From: Macrostomum hystrix
Lineage: Eukaryota; Animalia; Platyhelminthes
Length of the DNA stretch: 64,000 bases
Reading direction: 5' to 3'
Assembly: GCA_950097015.1 (NCBI GenBank)
Contig: CATNEN010000032.1
Coordinates: 2,795,546-2,859,545 of the forward strand
In this document: positions 21,267 through 32,734 of the stretch, in pieces
Position numbering within the stretch: position 1 is the stretch's first letter
How the letters are laid out: the number at the start of each line of letters is the position of its first letter
Program-made: the position numbers and the translations under genes
The notes under the pieces: model-generated
What the model was told of the DNA's origin: nothing
What the model saw: only the letters and a program-made list of their open reading frames with translations
The model's database searches: none

Positions 21267-23790
21267 AAATTCAAATGCAGAACCGATTAAACGCAAGCAA
21301 GTGCAGAAAATGTCACAAGAATTGTCGAATGGTCAACTGGCACGGCCCTTCGGCTCGCGTGGCCAATGGTAGAGCAAGTCCACTTCTAACCAAACCGAAT
21401 TCGCAACAGCCATTGCGATAGTATAACCATACTTGATCAGGATCAGGATCAGAATCACCCTAAAAGCTAGATTTTTATCTCAAGAATTATGTCTCCGTTG
21501 CTGCTCCTGTTGCTGCTGCTGCCATCAGTGGCTCCGCTGATTGCGCGCGATCGCCAGTACATCCTCGTATTGGACGCCGGCAGCACCGGAACTCGCATCA
21601 ACGTGTTCGCGTTCCGCTCTGACCTCAACCACTCCACCGGGCTGCGCATCGAGAGCCTTGAGGAGGAGAAAGTCAACCCGGGCCTGTCCGCATTTGCGAA
21701 CGCGCTGTCGCGCCTGCGCCAGAACCTCAAGCCGCTGTTGGACTTCGCCGCAGCTAAGGTGCCGGCAGAATACCACTCCCAGACTGCCGCCATTGTGCGG
21801 GCTACGGCCGGACTGCGTCTGCTGACACTCGACCAGCGAGATCGCGTCATCCGCGCTGTCGCCGAGGTTCTCCGCCGCTCCACCTTCAAAGTGCCAGACA
21901 GTGACCGGCGCGCGGTGCGCGTCATCAGCGGCCAGGAGGAGGCCGAGTACGGCTGGGTGGCCGTCAACTTTCTTATGGACTCCTTCGACAAGCCCGGCGG
22001 CGACACCTATGGCATGCTGGACTTGGGCGGTGGCTCCACGCAGATCACATTTGTACCGAAGGCTGACGATACGGCCGACTCCTACCGAGTGGTGTTTAAA
22101 ACGGTGCGCGGCAGGTCTTATTCTCTGCACGAGCACAGCTACCTGGGCTTGGGCATGTCGCAGGCCTCTCTGTACATGTTCGGCCACAACAGCAGCGTGG
22201 AGGCTTCGCTGCCGTTGTACACGTCACCGTGTCTCAACCCGGACTTTCGCGCCGAATTCAGCTTCGGCACCGTCTCGATCAACGTCTCCGGAGAGGCCGG
22301 AGTTGCCAGTTCCGATCGGCACCGGCTGTGCTCGGACATCGCCCGCATTCCGCTGCGCATTGTGCCAGTGCACCAGCCGCCGGGCGTCAAGGTCGCCAGA
22401 TTCGTGGCTGTCAGCTCATTTTACTACACGGCTGCCACGCTGAGTAAAGGGGGCTATTTGACAAACAGCATACCTGGCAATGCTAGGATTAGTGACCTGG
22501 CTTCGGCAGCTGAGAGGGTGTGCCTCAATCCTCCAGTGGTGGGAAAGTACGAGCCATACCTGTGCATGAACACTCTGTACATTGTTACTCTGCTGCGCGA
22601 GGGCTACCGATTTGAGGCCAACCAGAGCCTTTTACTCACTGACAGCATCAGGGGCTACTCGGCCAGCTGGCCGCTGGGCATCGCCATTCATCAGCTGACC
22701 TGCCATGACCGCAACAGCCTGGCCTGCCTGGGCAGCTCCGCTCAGCCCAGTGTTTTGGCTGTCCAGCTGTTGCAGCCGGTGACGCTGCTGCTGTCGCTGG
22801 CGACGCTGCTACCCAGACTGTTCTGATTGGAGGGCAGATTTGCGCCATAAAATCACTCTTCGGCTTTATTTAATGTGAAACCCATATTAGGCATAAAAAC
22901 TAAACTCTTGTCAGCAAACATCAGACTCCTGGATTTTCCTACAAACACTTAAAAACCAGAAAAATACTTTCGAACGACGACGAACGTCGAACGATGAACG
23001 TGAGTTTCGTAGCTTTAATGCAAAATTAAAGCATCATTAAGCAAATATAGAACTTAAAAACACAGACACTCTTTGAACTACTAAATCAGACTTTTGAACT
23101 TTTAGATTCATTTTTATTTCTGTTTTTATAATGAGATTTTCCTTCAGAATTTCCGGCAGAGAGACCTGACTTCATTTGCATTTTCCTACGGTCCAATGGT
23201 TCTGGAGTGAGCAGTTTTCAATTCGCCTGACAGATTCAGAGATTGCACAAGAATTCAATCAATCAACCAATCAGTGCATGACTTGATCAATTCATCAAGC
23301 CGGTCGATCTCCGAGGGATTTTAGACCCCAGCAGCTACTTTGGGTAAGTAAAAGTTCGACAGTAGGGGCCCGGCCGGACTTGCTACATCTGCTGCGAGAT
23401 TTCCTTCGCATGAAGAGGAAAATGTCACGGACTTTCGGGTGCGGCAGCAGTTGCTACCCAAGTCGGGTGAATGGGGAGATGCTGCAGGTCAGCTGTCTGG
23501 GCAACTGCGCGCTGTTGTGAACGGACACGGGTGCTGCGAATGTAAGACTGTAGAGGAATTCAGTCAAATAAAGTAGGATCTGGGGGTGGGGTCACAGTCA
23601 CTTCTCTAGGACTACAGTCGAATCTGTATCATTTTGGAGGTTTTCAGCTTTTCAGCTATACCGAAGTTCAGTCTCCATGGAAAACTGCTTTCAATTAATC
23701 TACTGGCAACAATGTCAGCCACACGGTACCTCTACTTCGTCAAAGTCATCTTGCTTGCCTGTCTTTCCTGACTCGATCGCCAGTTCTTAA
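21267..23790 (+). repeat. Segmental duplication copy A (contains NTPDase A)
   Basis: Colinear with 37198..39417, except for ~295 bp (about 23317-23610) absent from copy B. Confidence 0.92.
21489..22826 (+). CDS. Intronless GDA1/CD39-family NTPDase (apyrase), copy A, 445 aa, signal peptide plus C-terminal hydrophobic (GPI-like) tail
   Basis: All five apyrase conserved regions: VLDAGSTGTR, ATAGLRLL, GQEEAEYGWVAVN, DLGGGSTQI, ASWPLG. N-terminus MSPLLLLLLLLP; C-terminus SSAQPSVLAVQLLQPVTLLLSLATLLPRLF. Confidence 0.95.
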   Translation: MSPLLLLLLLLPSVAPLIARDRQYILVLDAGSTGTRINVFAFRSDLNHSTGLRIESLEEEKVNPGLSAFANALSRLRQNLKPLLDFAAAKVPAEYHSQTAAIVRATAGLRLLTLDQRDRVIRAVAEVLRRSTFKVPDSDRRAVRVISGQEEAEYGWVAVNFLMDSFDKPGGDTYGMLDLGGGSTQITFVPKADDTADSYRVVFKTVRGRSYSLHEHSYLGLGMSQASLYMFGHNSSVEASLPLYTSPCLNPDFRAEFSFGTVSINVSGEAGVASSDRHRLCSDIARIPLRIVPVHQPPGVKVARFVAVSSFYYTAATLSKGGYLTNSIPGNARISDLASAAERVCLNPPVVGKYEPYLCMNTLYIVTLLREGYRFEANQSLLLTDSIRGYSASWPLGIAIHQLTCHDRNSLACLGSSAQPSVLAVQLLQPVTLLLSLATLLPRLF

Positions 23791-23861
23791 ATTTCATTCT
23801 CTTTTTCAATTTTATATATATATATGACTTTTCATTTCATGACTTTTCATATATATATATA

Positions 23862-26800
23862 TGTCAATTCTTAGCGAGATGGAACACTTGAATGTTCTTA
23901 GCATTTGTTTCTCTCTTAAGTTAAGCCTCTAAATTAAGTCCTCTGGACCCTTAATAAACGTGAGCTGTAGTAAGGCGCAGGTGGAGAGAGTTTTACTCAG
24001 CAGTCAAACCACACGACAACACTCTTGTGACTTCATTCAACTACATGGCACCCGAACTGTGAATTATTAACTTTGAGTCTTCAATTTGACAAACCGCGCT
24101 TTAAGCTACAGGACACCGGACCGGACTACCGCATAGATTCCTGCCTGAGGCTCATCTGAACTTCTATCAACGTGGCATCTATTCATCGAGCTGCACGGCT
24201 TTGTTGAGTTGTTGAGACATTCACATTTTGTTTTCGTCATTGCTTGTTGCTTATCGCAAGGCAGTATATTTTAGCTGCTACAGTACCTTCTTTAGAGCCT
24301 CTATCGATAGTCACTTATCGCAAATATCTACTGTTAGCGCCTTTTCTGATTTTAATCGGCGTTTTCTGTTGCACTGCGCACCGCTTCTGTTCCTCGACGT
24401 TCCTGTTTGCATGCCATCTGTTTCCTTCTTTGCTCTTTCCTTCGCCATCTAATCTTTCCTCGCTGTCTGTTTCTCTCTTGGACACAGTCTTCAATGGAGG
24501 AGATAAAGAAGGACCGTGCTGTGCTGCGCCGTTCAGCGGCAATGTTAGTGGAGAGAGTTCAAGCAGTTCTGGACGGTGCTGAGAAGTCTGTTGACGAGTT
24601 GGTAGGCTTGATGCGGTTACTAAAGACAAAGAAGGCTGAGCTGGAGAAGCTGGACAAACAACTCCTACGCGAGTTAGTCACGGAAGATGGAGAACCTGCG
24701 GACAAGCTACAAGAGGAGACGGAGAAGTGCGACGAGTATGCGCTAAAGCTAGAGAAGGCAGTGGCAGGCTTAGAACGAATTCGAGAGAGGAGATTGACTG
24801 TGTTGGCTAGCCCATCGGCTTCGTCTAGCTCTGGAACTTCAGAGAGTCCTGCTCAGATCGGGGCACAAGGGCGTGCGTGGACAGCCGATCGTAAATCACA
24901 ATGCACCGTAAAACTGCCTAAGCTTAGTCTACCCACCTTCGATGGTAGTGACTCTACACAATGGCCGAATTTCAGCTCACAATTCAATTCCTCAATTCAT
25001 CAGAATGTGAATCTATCCGACGTTGAGAAGTTTGCTTATCTGCAAAGCTGTTTGAAAGGCGAAGCGAAACGATCGCATTGAGAACCATAAACTCACAGCT
25101 GGTGACTACCACAACGCCTGGGAGATGCTGGTAGACAGATACGGATCTACAGACCATCTGGTTCAACACTTCATGAAGAAACTCGAGACGATTCGATGTG
25201 TGTCAGATTCCACAGCAGCTCTTCTAGCCTTCTTGGACACAGTGAGGTCCAGTGTTCGAGCACTCCAGACACTAGGTGTGAGCACGGATAATTACGAAGT
25301 GCTACTGCTGCCGAATTTAGAATCCAAGCTTCCCAATTATATCCGAGCAGATGTTGTGCGGTCGATGTTGACGAAAGCCTATAGAGGGAAGCATAACCTG
25401 GAAAGCTTCTTAGAAGCACTTGACAGCGAGATCAAGCTGCGAGAACGCTGCGCACTGAGTTCAAGCAAGTCAGGTGATCCGTCTCGCCAGACACCGGAGA
25501 TCCGAAGCTCAGTAGCTGGAACTCAAAAGAGTTTTACACTGCCCGGATCCGCCTCCATCATCGTTTGTCACACACCACCCGATAGCGAAGGAGCAGCATA
25601 AGGCTCCCAAGAATGCGCAAGCGAACACTGTGGCGTGCACGTACTGTCGACAGAGTCACTACTCCGAATCCTGCATGTTGGTACCTACTGCAAAAGAACG
25701 AATGGAGATACTGAAAAAGGAGAGACGGTGCTTCTGCTGCCTGCGCGCTAATCACCCCGCCAGTCTGTGCAAATCGAAGAGAGCATGTCGCCACTGCGGA
25801 AAAATGCACCATCCGAGCATCTGTCTGGCACTTCACTCAGGTGATGGCGAAACCACAATGAAAAGCAAAGCCAAGGCCGAATCTATTGTCCAAGAAAAAG
25901 CAACAGCTTCTCCAAACGGCGGTAACGCGACGGTGGCCGTGCCGTCCAATAATACTACAGTTTCTACCGGCCAGTCGTTCGTTGTGCACGCCAATCCAGC
26001 CGTGATCATGCCGACTGCAAAGTGCATCATTGTGAGTTCTGATGGCAAAACCGAAGTGCTAGTACGTGCTTTATTCGACACCGCCAGCAATAAAACCTAC
26101 ATTAGACAAAACTTAAGCCGACAGTTAGGCTTCGTGGCAGAAGCAACAGAAGTGTTGCGCGTGAATACATTTGGATCAAGCAGCACCGAGTTTACATCGA
26201 GTACATAAAGTTTCGCATACGCCGCGCATTCGAATCCGACGGTGATTATGTCACTCTAAAAGGCTACACAACGCCTCGGATTTGCGAGCCGCAGGCATCC
26301 GTAAATCTAGATGCACATCCAGAACTTCAGCATCTTGATTTAGCCGATCCATTCGATCTCCGAGATGCTAAAGAGCCTATCTCCATTCTAATCGGTGCGG
26401 ACACCTTCTACGATCTGGTCAACGGTGACGTCGTTAGGACTGTGAGCGGTAAAGGACCAGTCGCCGTAAAAATCAAACTCGGCTACCTAGTGAGCGGCAG
26501 ATTGAGCATTTCGGACACGACCGGTGACTCTTCGATGGCATGCACTATGCACTGCGCTGGTGAATCCCTAATGATTGGGATGCTCAGAGAATCGGTGGAA
26601 AACGACGCGAACGAGCACAGCGCTGCGTCGTCACTAACGCGAGACTTTCCACCAAAGCTCGAATTTCGAAGTGGACGCTATTCTATCGGTCTACCATTCA
26701 AAGAGGGGTATCGAGAAGCCCTCTCCGACAATTTCAATCTAGCCTACCGACGTCTGAAGACAACAGCTGAAAAACTACGAAAGACTGGACATCTAGACGA

Positions 26801-29800
26801 GTACGACAAAATCCTGCAAAAACAACTCAGACAAGGGGTCATTGAGCCCGTGCCGAAAGATGAGGATCCGCAAACAATCAAGCACTACCTTTCTCATCTA
26901 CCGGTTTTCAAGGAGGAAGCTCCACAGCACGACTTCGAATCGTGTTTGATGCAAGTGCAAAGACATCGATGGGCTATTCGCTAAACGAAGTACTTAATCA
27001 GGGACCATGTCGCCTACCATCGGTCTTCTCGCTACTGCTGCGGTTTAGGACTCATCCGATTGCAGTGATCGCCGATGTCGAGAAAGCCTTCCTGCAAAAA
27101 AAATCCAAGAGCCGGACCGCGACGCGGTGCGCTTCTTGTGGCTAACACGGCCTGTCGAGAAAGAATCGAACGTTCTCATTCTACGTTATGTCCGTCTTGT
27201 GTTCGGCTTAGTGTGCAGCCGAGCAATCCTGCAAGAGGTGCTTCTGTATTACCTTCGAAACACGAAGCAAGCTTCATTCAAGATGCGCGAACAGCTGGCG
27301 CGCGATACGTACGTAGACAATCTGGTAACCGGAGCACCCTCCGTCAGCTCAGCGATTGAAGTTTACGTGCGGACTCGAGCAATCTTCCAAGAAGCCTCCA
27401 TGAACATGCGGGGATGGATTTTGAACTCTATGGAACTCAACGAAATGTTCAGCGCAGACGGTACGGGAGCTCAGCCCTCGACCACTGTCAAAGTACTCGG
27501 CATGCTGTGGAATCCTCATAAGGACACATTCGAACTCTCAATTCGCGATCATCCGACAGTGAAACTCAAAGAAGAAGGAGTAGAACTTACGAAGCGAACG
27601 ACACTGTCTGCCTTCTCCAAGACATTCGACCCTCTGGGGCTGCTCAGTCCACTTCTAACGCGACCAAGATTGCTGTTTCAACAAAGCTGCCGTCTGAACG
27701 TAGAATGGGACGCTGCGCTTCTAGAACCACTAAAGAGTCAATGGAGCGAGTGCCTCAATGAGTTGACAGACTGGACATGTCGCATCGATAGACCAGTTTC
27801 AGCTTTCAGTTCAGCCTCTAAAGATATCCATGGCTTCTGCGACGCCTCACAGGTAGCGTATGCCGCCTGCGTCTACCTACGATCTACGTCCGAATCAGGA
27901 GATGTTCGAGTATTCCTAGTGGCAGCCAAATCTCGCGTTGCACCAGTTGCAGAGACTACGATTCCGCGGTTGGAGCTGATGGCAGCCAAGGAACTCGCTA
28001 AACTGATCCACGAGGTTCGAAGAGAGTTCCCCGAAGTCCCTGTGACCTGTTGGAGCGACAGTATGGACTCACTGTGGTGGATAAAATCAGTGCACAAAGT
28101 CTGCAAAGCTTTTATTGAGAACAGAGTAACGTTCATCCGAACGACAGTTCCACCGGAGCAATGGAGACACTGTCCCGGAAAGGACAACCCGGCGGACATT
28201 GCGACCCGACCAGTCGACCCGGGAGCATTTGATGGTCGATCAGCATGGTTTCGTGGGCCTTCGTGGCTGAAAACCAACTTTTCAACATGGCCCTCCAGCT
28301 AAAGTTCAATGATAAGTCGAGCAGCGAAAATGGCGTCTATGCAACGGTAACAAGCAATGCTCTCCTGAGTCAAAGTAGGCACATTGATAACATCATTGAG
28401 CTACAGAGGTTCAGCACACTGGAAAAGTTTCTCCGTGTCACTGCGTGGGTCCTCCGCGCAGTCCAAATGTTGAAATCTCGAACACGATTTCTGGCCAGTT
28501 CTCTTACCTCCGAGGAACTACAGGCAGCCGAACACCTCTGGGTTTGCTCTCTGCAGGCAGAGTCCTTTACTACTGAGATTAAATGCATCACGTATCAGAC
28601 TGCTAAGACACCGTTGCATCAGAATCTGCGCTTGTTTATAGACCAGGATAACGTCCTACGCTGCACTGGACGTCTAGGAGAGTCCGATCTTTCGCCAGAC
28701 CGTAAGTCACCTATTCTGTGCCCGACAGACGACAACTTTCAACGGCTGCTTTTCAGATATGCTCACAGAAAAGTAGCCCACGGAGGGGTAACGGCCACAT
28801 TGGTACAGATTCGCGAGAAGTATTGGATGCTGAAGGCGCGACAGAAAAATCGGTGCTTAGACGGTGTAACATATGCATTAGGCTGCAAGGTTTGCCATAC
28901 AAAGTTCGACAGCAGTCTCAGTTACCGTCTTTTCGAATCGAGTCGCTCAGAGCATTTCAACACGTTGGCCTCGACTACTGCGGTCCACTACTCTACCGCA
29001 GGGGGGAGGGTGACGGCCAGCACAAAGCCTATATTCTGTTATTCGTGTGTACCAGTACCAGAGCAGTCCACCTTGAAGTGGTGTCAGACTTGACCACTCA
29101 GTCATTTCTACAAAGCCTTCGCCGTTTCTGTGCTCGCCGTGGAATACCCTCCAGTATTTCCGACAACTTTAAGACGTTCCACGCTGCAGCGCGTCTGCTT
29201 GATACCCGACCAGCACCACTACAGACTACAGATGGTCAAGAGTTCCTGACAACCAAGAGAATCAGCTGGTCATTCATTCCAGAGAGAGCCCCATGGATGG
29301 GAGGGTTCTACGAGCGTCTAGTAGGCGTTGTGAAAGCAGCACTCAAGAAGACCATTGGCAAGGCATTCCTGACTCTGGAAGAATTATCGACAGTGGCGTG
29401 TGAGATGGAAGCTGTTGTCAACTCACGCCCGCTGGGCTTTGTCGCGTCCGAAACTCATTCAGAAGTGATCACCCCGAGCCACTTTCTCGTGCTCAACCGG
29501 CCAACTAACGATCCAGAGGCTACTTCTGAGACGTTGACAATATTGCCACTGCCAGAGAGATTGAGGGGAGTTCGGCAGACACTCAACAAATTCTGGCGAG
29601 AATTCAAGAATGAATACGTCCTAGCTCTGCGCGAGCGCTCAATTAGAGAAAGTCGAACGTCTACTCGCGAAGTCATGGTCGGTGACGTTGTGTTGGTCAT
29701 GGACTCCGGCGTGCCGAGGCTGCAGTGGAAGTTAGCTGTTGTGGAAGCGGTTCACCATGGTCGAGATGGTTTGGCGAGATCATGTCTTCTCCGGTTAGCG

Positions 29801-30717
29801 AATCCACAGCGTCGTTTCTCATCTCATTTTCGTCGTCCGGTTGCATTGCTGGTTCCTCTTGAAGTCTAAGCGCGCGCCGTCTCGCTCTTTCTCGTCTTGT
29901 CTATCACGTTTTTTTGTTCTTTGTTCATTTCCCTCTAGTGCTTCTTTTCCTGCGTGCCGCTCTTTGTTTTTATTGGGAAGCTCAAGTTGGCGATCTTATA
30001 TTCACGTCTATATTTATGTTTGTTGTTATTCTGGAAAAGGCTCTTTAAACCGTGACTCAATATTGCTTTTCAGTTTTCAGTGTCCTTTTTCTTGAGAGCT
30101 AAAAGTTTTCTCTTTTGGTGTTGGTTATACAGTATCCTATTCCGTTGCGCCTTTTGGCTACACTATTATCTTGTTTTGTTTGTTCTGTGCACGAGTCCAA
30201 AACTTCGCGGCTTCGACTCCTCCTGCGTAGGCTTGTACTATTCCATTCACTTTGTCTTTAAGCTGATAATCTCTACGTATACTCCCGATGCTATGATTTC
30301 TCGAACAGTTACTTCACTCGCTCGTGTGCATTATCCCTTTCCTTTTTTGAGCCAGTGACTCGTGCATCGGTCACTGGCGGGGAGTGTGGCGGAAAGTGCA
30401 AATTTCGATGTCTGTATGCTACATTTACTTGTTATTTAATGTCTATTTTCTTCACTAAATTCAGCTTGAATTCTCAGACCATTATCTAATGTACGCTTAT
30501 GTTTTCTTCGCTGCACCGCTCTAACTTACGTGCATGGACTCGTCTCGCCTCCCCCCTCCCAATGTGCGTGCGATTTCTCTCTTAAGTTAAGCCTCTCAAT
30601 TCAGTCCTCTGGACCCTTAATAAACGTGAGCTGTAGCTTAATAAAGGCGCAGGTGGAGAGATTTTTACTCAGCAGTCAAACCACGCGACAACACTGTTGT
30701 GACTTCATTCAACTACA
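23862..30717 (+). mobile_element. Decayed BEL/Pao LTR retrotransposon
   Basis: 5' LTR ends ctaca at 24045, followed by PBS-like TGGCACCCGAAC; PPT TGGCGGGGAG, then 3' LTR 30385..30717. The LTRs share only their last ~140 bp. Internal gag-pol has multiple frameshifts and stops. Confidence 0.93.
24494..29869 (+). pseudogene. BEL/Pao gag-pol, fragmented
   Basis: KLPKLSLPTFDG..W..F..QF (BEL gag); three Cys/His knuckles (CTYCRQSHYSESC, CFCCLRANHPASLC, CRHCGKMHHPSIC); protease LFDTAS; RT ADVEKAF/YVDN; RNase H GFCDAS/PRLELMAA/WSDS; integrase GLDYCGP/SDNFKTF/PWMGGFYERLVG. Confidence 0.93.
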
Positions 30718-31365
30718 GGGATAACATGATTTATAAACGGGCTTGCATTAAATATCGAGGGGAGGCAAGTGTTATCCAGGGTAAAGCGGGAATTATCGAA
30801 GGGGAAGCATAAATCATCAAAGGGAAAGCATGAATTATCGATGGGGGCATGATATATTGAGACGGTATCATTTTCTAAAGCGGTAGCATGATTTTACAAG
30901 GGTTTACATGATTAGTTAAGGGTGTAGCATAAATTTCTTACGGGCAGCATAAGTTATCGAGAAAACAGCAATTGTTAGTGAGGGAACTTCATCAAATGTT
31001 GAGACACGATGCTGGCACGATTTATCGTGGAATTAGCATAAATAATCGAGGGGTAGCAAGCTTTGTCGAGAGGGTAGTATGCTTTGTCGAGGGATAGCAT
31101 GATATATCAAAGGGGTAGCATGATTTCTCGAAGAGATATCGAGGAGAGGGCATGACATATCGAGACGGTAGCATGAATTTTCGAGTGGAAGCATGAATTA
31201 TCGAGGGTGAAAAACGAATAACCGAGGGGAAGCATTAATTATCCGCCGTTAGCATGTATTAACGAGGGGGAGCCTGAATTATCAAGCGGAAGGGATAAAT
31301 TGAAGGGGTAGCATAAACTATCGATGGGGTAGCAAGTTTTGTCTTAGGGATAGCATGATACGAAG
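30718..31365 (+). repeat. Degenerate ~21-bp minisatellite (consensus ~gagggg(a/t)agcatgaattatc)
   Basis: Recurrent agcatga(a/t)ttatcgagggg units; same family as 36715-37190, 41440-42360 and 44280-44440. Confidence 0.85.
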
Positions 31366-31399
31366 GTATCACCTGTTAAACCAGCCGTACCTGATCACG

Positions 31400-32700
31400 C
31401 TCAGGTACACGAACGCTGCGGACTGGCCGCATGCCCTGTTAAGGTCAAAGGGTGACACCTTTCCCTCCAGCCAGGGCTAGAGGTACCCAGTTCGAATGGG
31501 AAGCTTCACGGCGGTGAGTCACCTGCTGCATAGCCATAGCATTTCTTTTCTCTGCAAGTAGCTGCTTCCGTCCGATCACTAGGTGGGTTGTGCCATACAA
31601 CCCTGACCTGCTGCTCCAGTTCGCGTCCCATTTGAACGTTGAAGTTTGCAACACTGTCAAGTCTGTCAAGTACGTGATCAAGTACTTGATGAAGAATGGC
31701 GAAATGGCTGTTTTCAAAGTCGCCGCCACGGCAGAAGCTGCTGAATCTCAGCCGAGTGCTCCTCCTGAGAGGCAGGCGAAGTCACGTGATGAAATCTCGG
31801 AGTACTTATCTGCACGCTACATTGGCCCGATGGAAGCTGTAGACACCATTCTGGCCTTTGAGGTATAATAATTGCTCTGCTGTGATGTAGCCGTACTTTT
31901 AGCACTGCATTTAGTCTTGGCAGCAACTCTGATGCTCAAATATCCTCACCTTTGCCCAGGTTCACAACAGGTTCCCGGCGGTCATCCGACTCTGTGTGCA
32001 CAAGTCGGAAGAGCAGCTTGTGAACTTTAGCGAGCAGACCGCGGGCGCCAATGTCGGAGGACATCCCGGCGTGAAGCGCAACACCAACATTGCGCGGATG
32101 AACACGGTCAGTCCCAGAGCTGGTGACCTGTTCTACCTGCGACTGTTGCTCCTGCACGTGCGGGGACCGACTAGCTTTGAGTCGCTGCAGACCGTGGCCG
32201 GCGTGCTTCGTGCCAGCGCCAAGGCCGCCTGCATGGCTCTCGGCCTGCTGCAGCGCGATGAGCGCCTGGCATCGCTGTATGATTGAAGCTGTCCCGAGCC
32301 TAATGCCGCGAGCTCTAAGTCACCGGCTGGCTGTCGTCCTCATCTGGGGCGAGCCAGACGACGGCGCTGATCTGTGGAGCAGCTTTGCAGCGGATCTTTG
32401 CGAAGACCTGCGCTTCCACCACCCGGACCTGAGCGCCGAGGAAGTCAGCGACCTGACTCTGTGGGTGCTGCAGAGCATGCTGACGTCCATGGGCGGCCGC
32501 AGTCGGGCCGCTGCAGTTTGACACGGTCGAACAGGTGAAGATCACCGAGACGCGGCTGCCAATGCTCACGGCCGATGGCCACCTACGAGGCTGTGACTGC
32601 GGATCTTGTCGCTGGCTCGGGCGGCCTGCATTTCCTTGACGCTCGTGCAGGCACTGGCAAGACCTTCTGCTGGAGGTTTTGCTGGCGTTTGTGCGGAGTC
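31400..32700 (+). pseudogene. Helitron Rep/helicase relic
   Basis: WVVPYNPDLLLQFASHLNVEVC..VKSVKYVIKY (Rep motif region), DEISEYLSARYIG, VSPRAGDLFYLRLLLLHVRGPTSFESLQTV, and Pif1-type Walker A FLDARAGTGKTF; broken by stops and frameshifts. Confidence 0.88.
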
Positions 32701-32734
32701 GAGGGCAAGCCGCCCTGGCTGTTGCGTCATCTCT

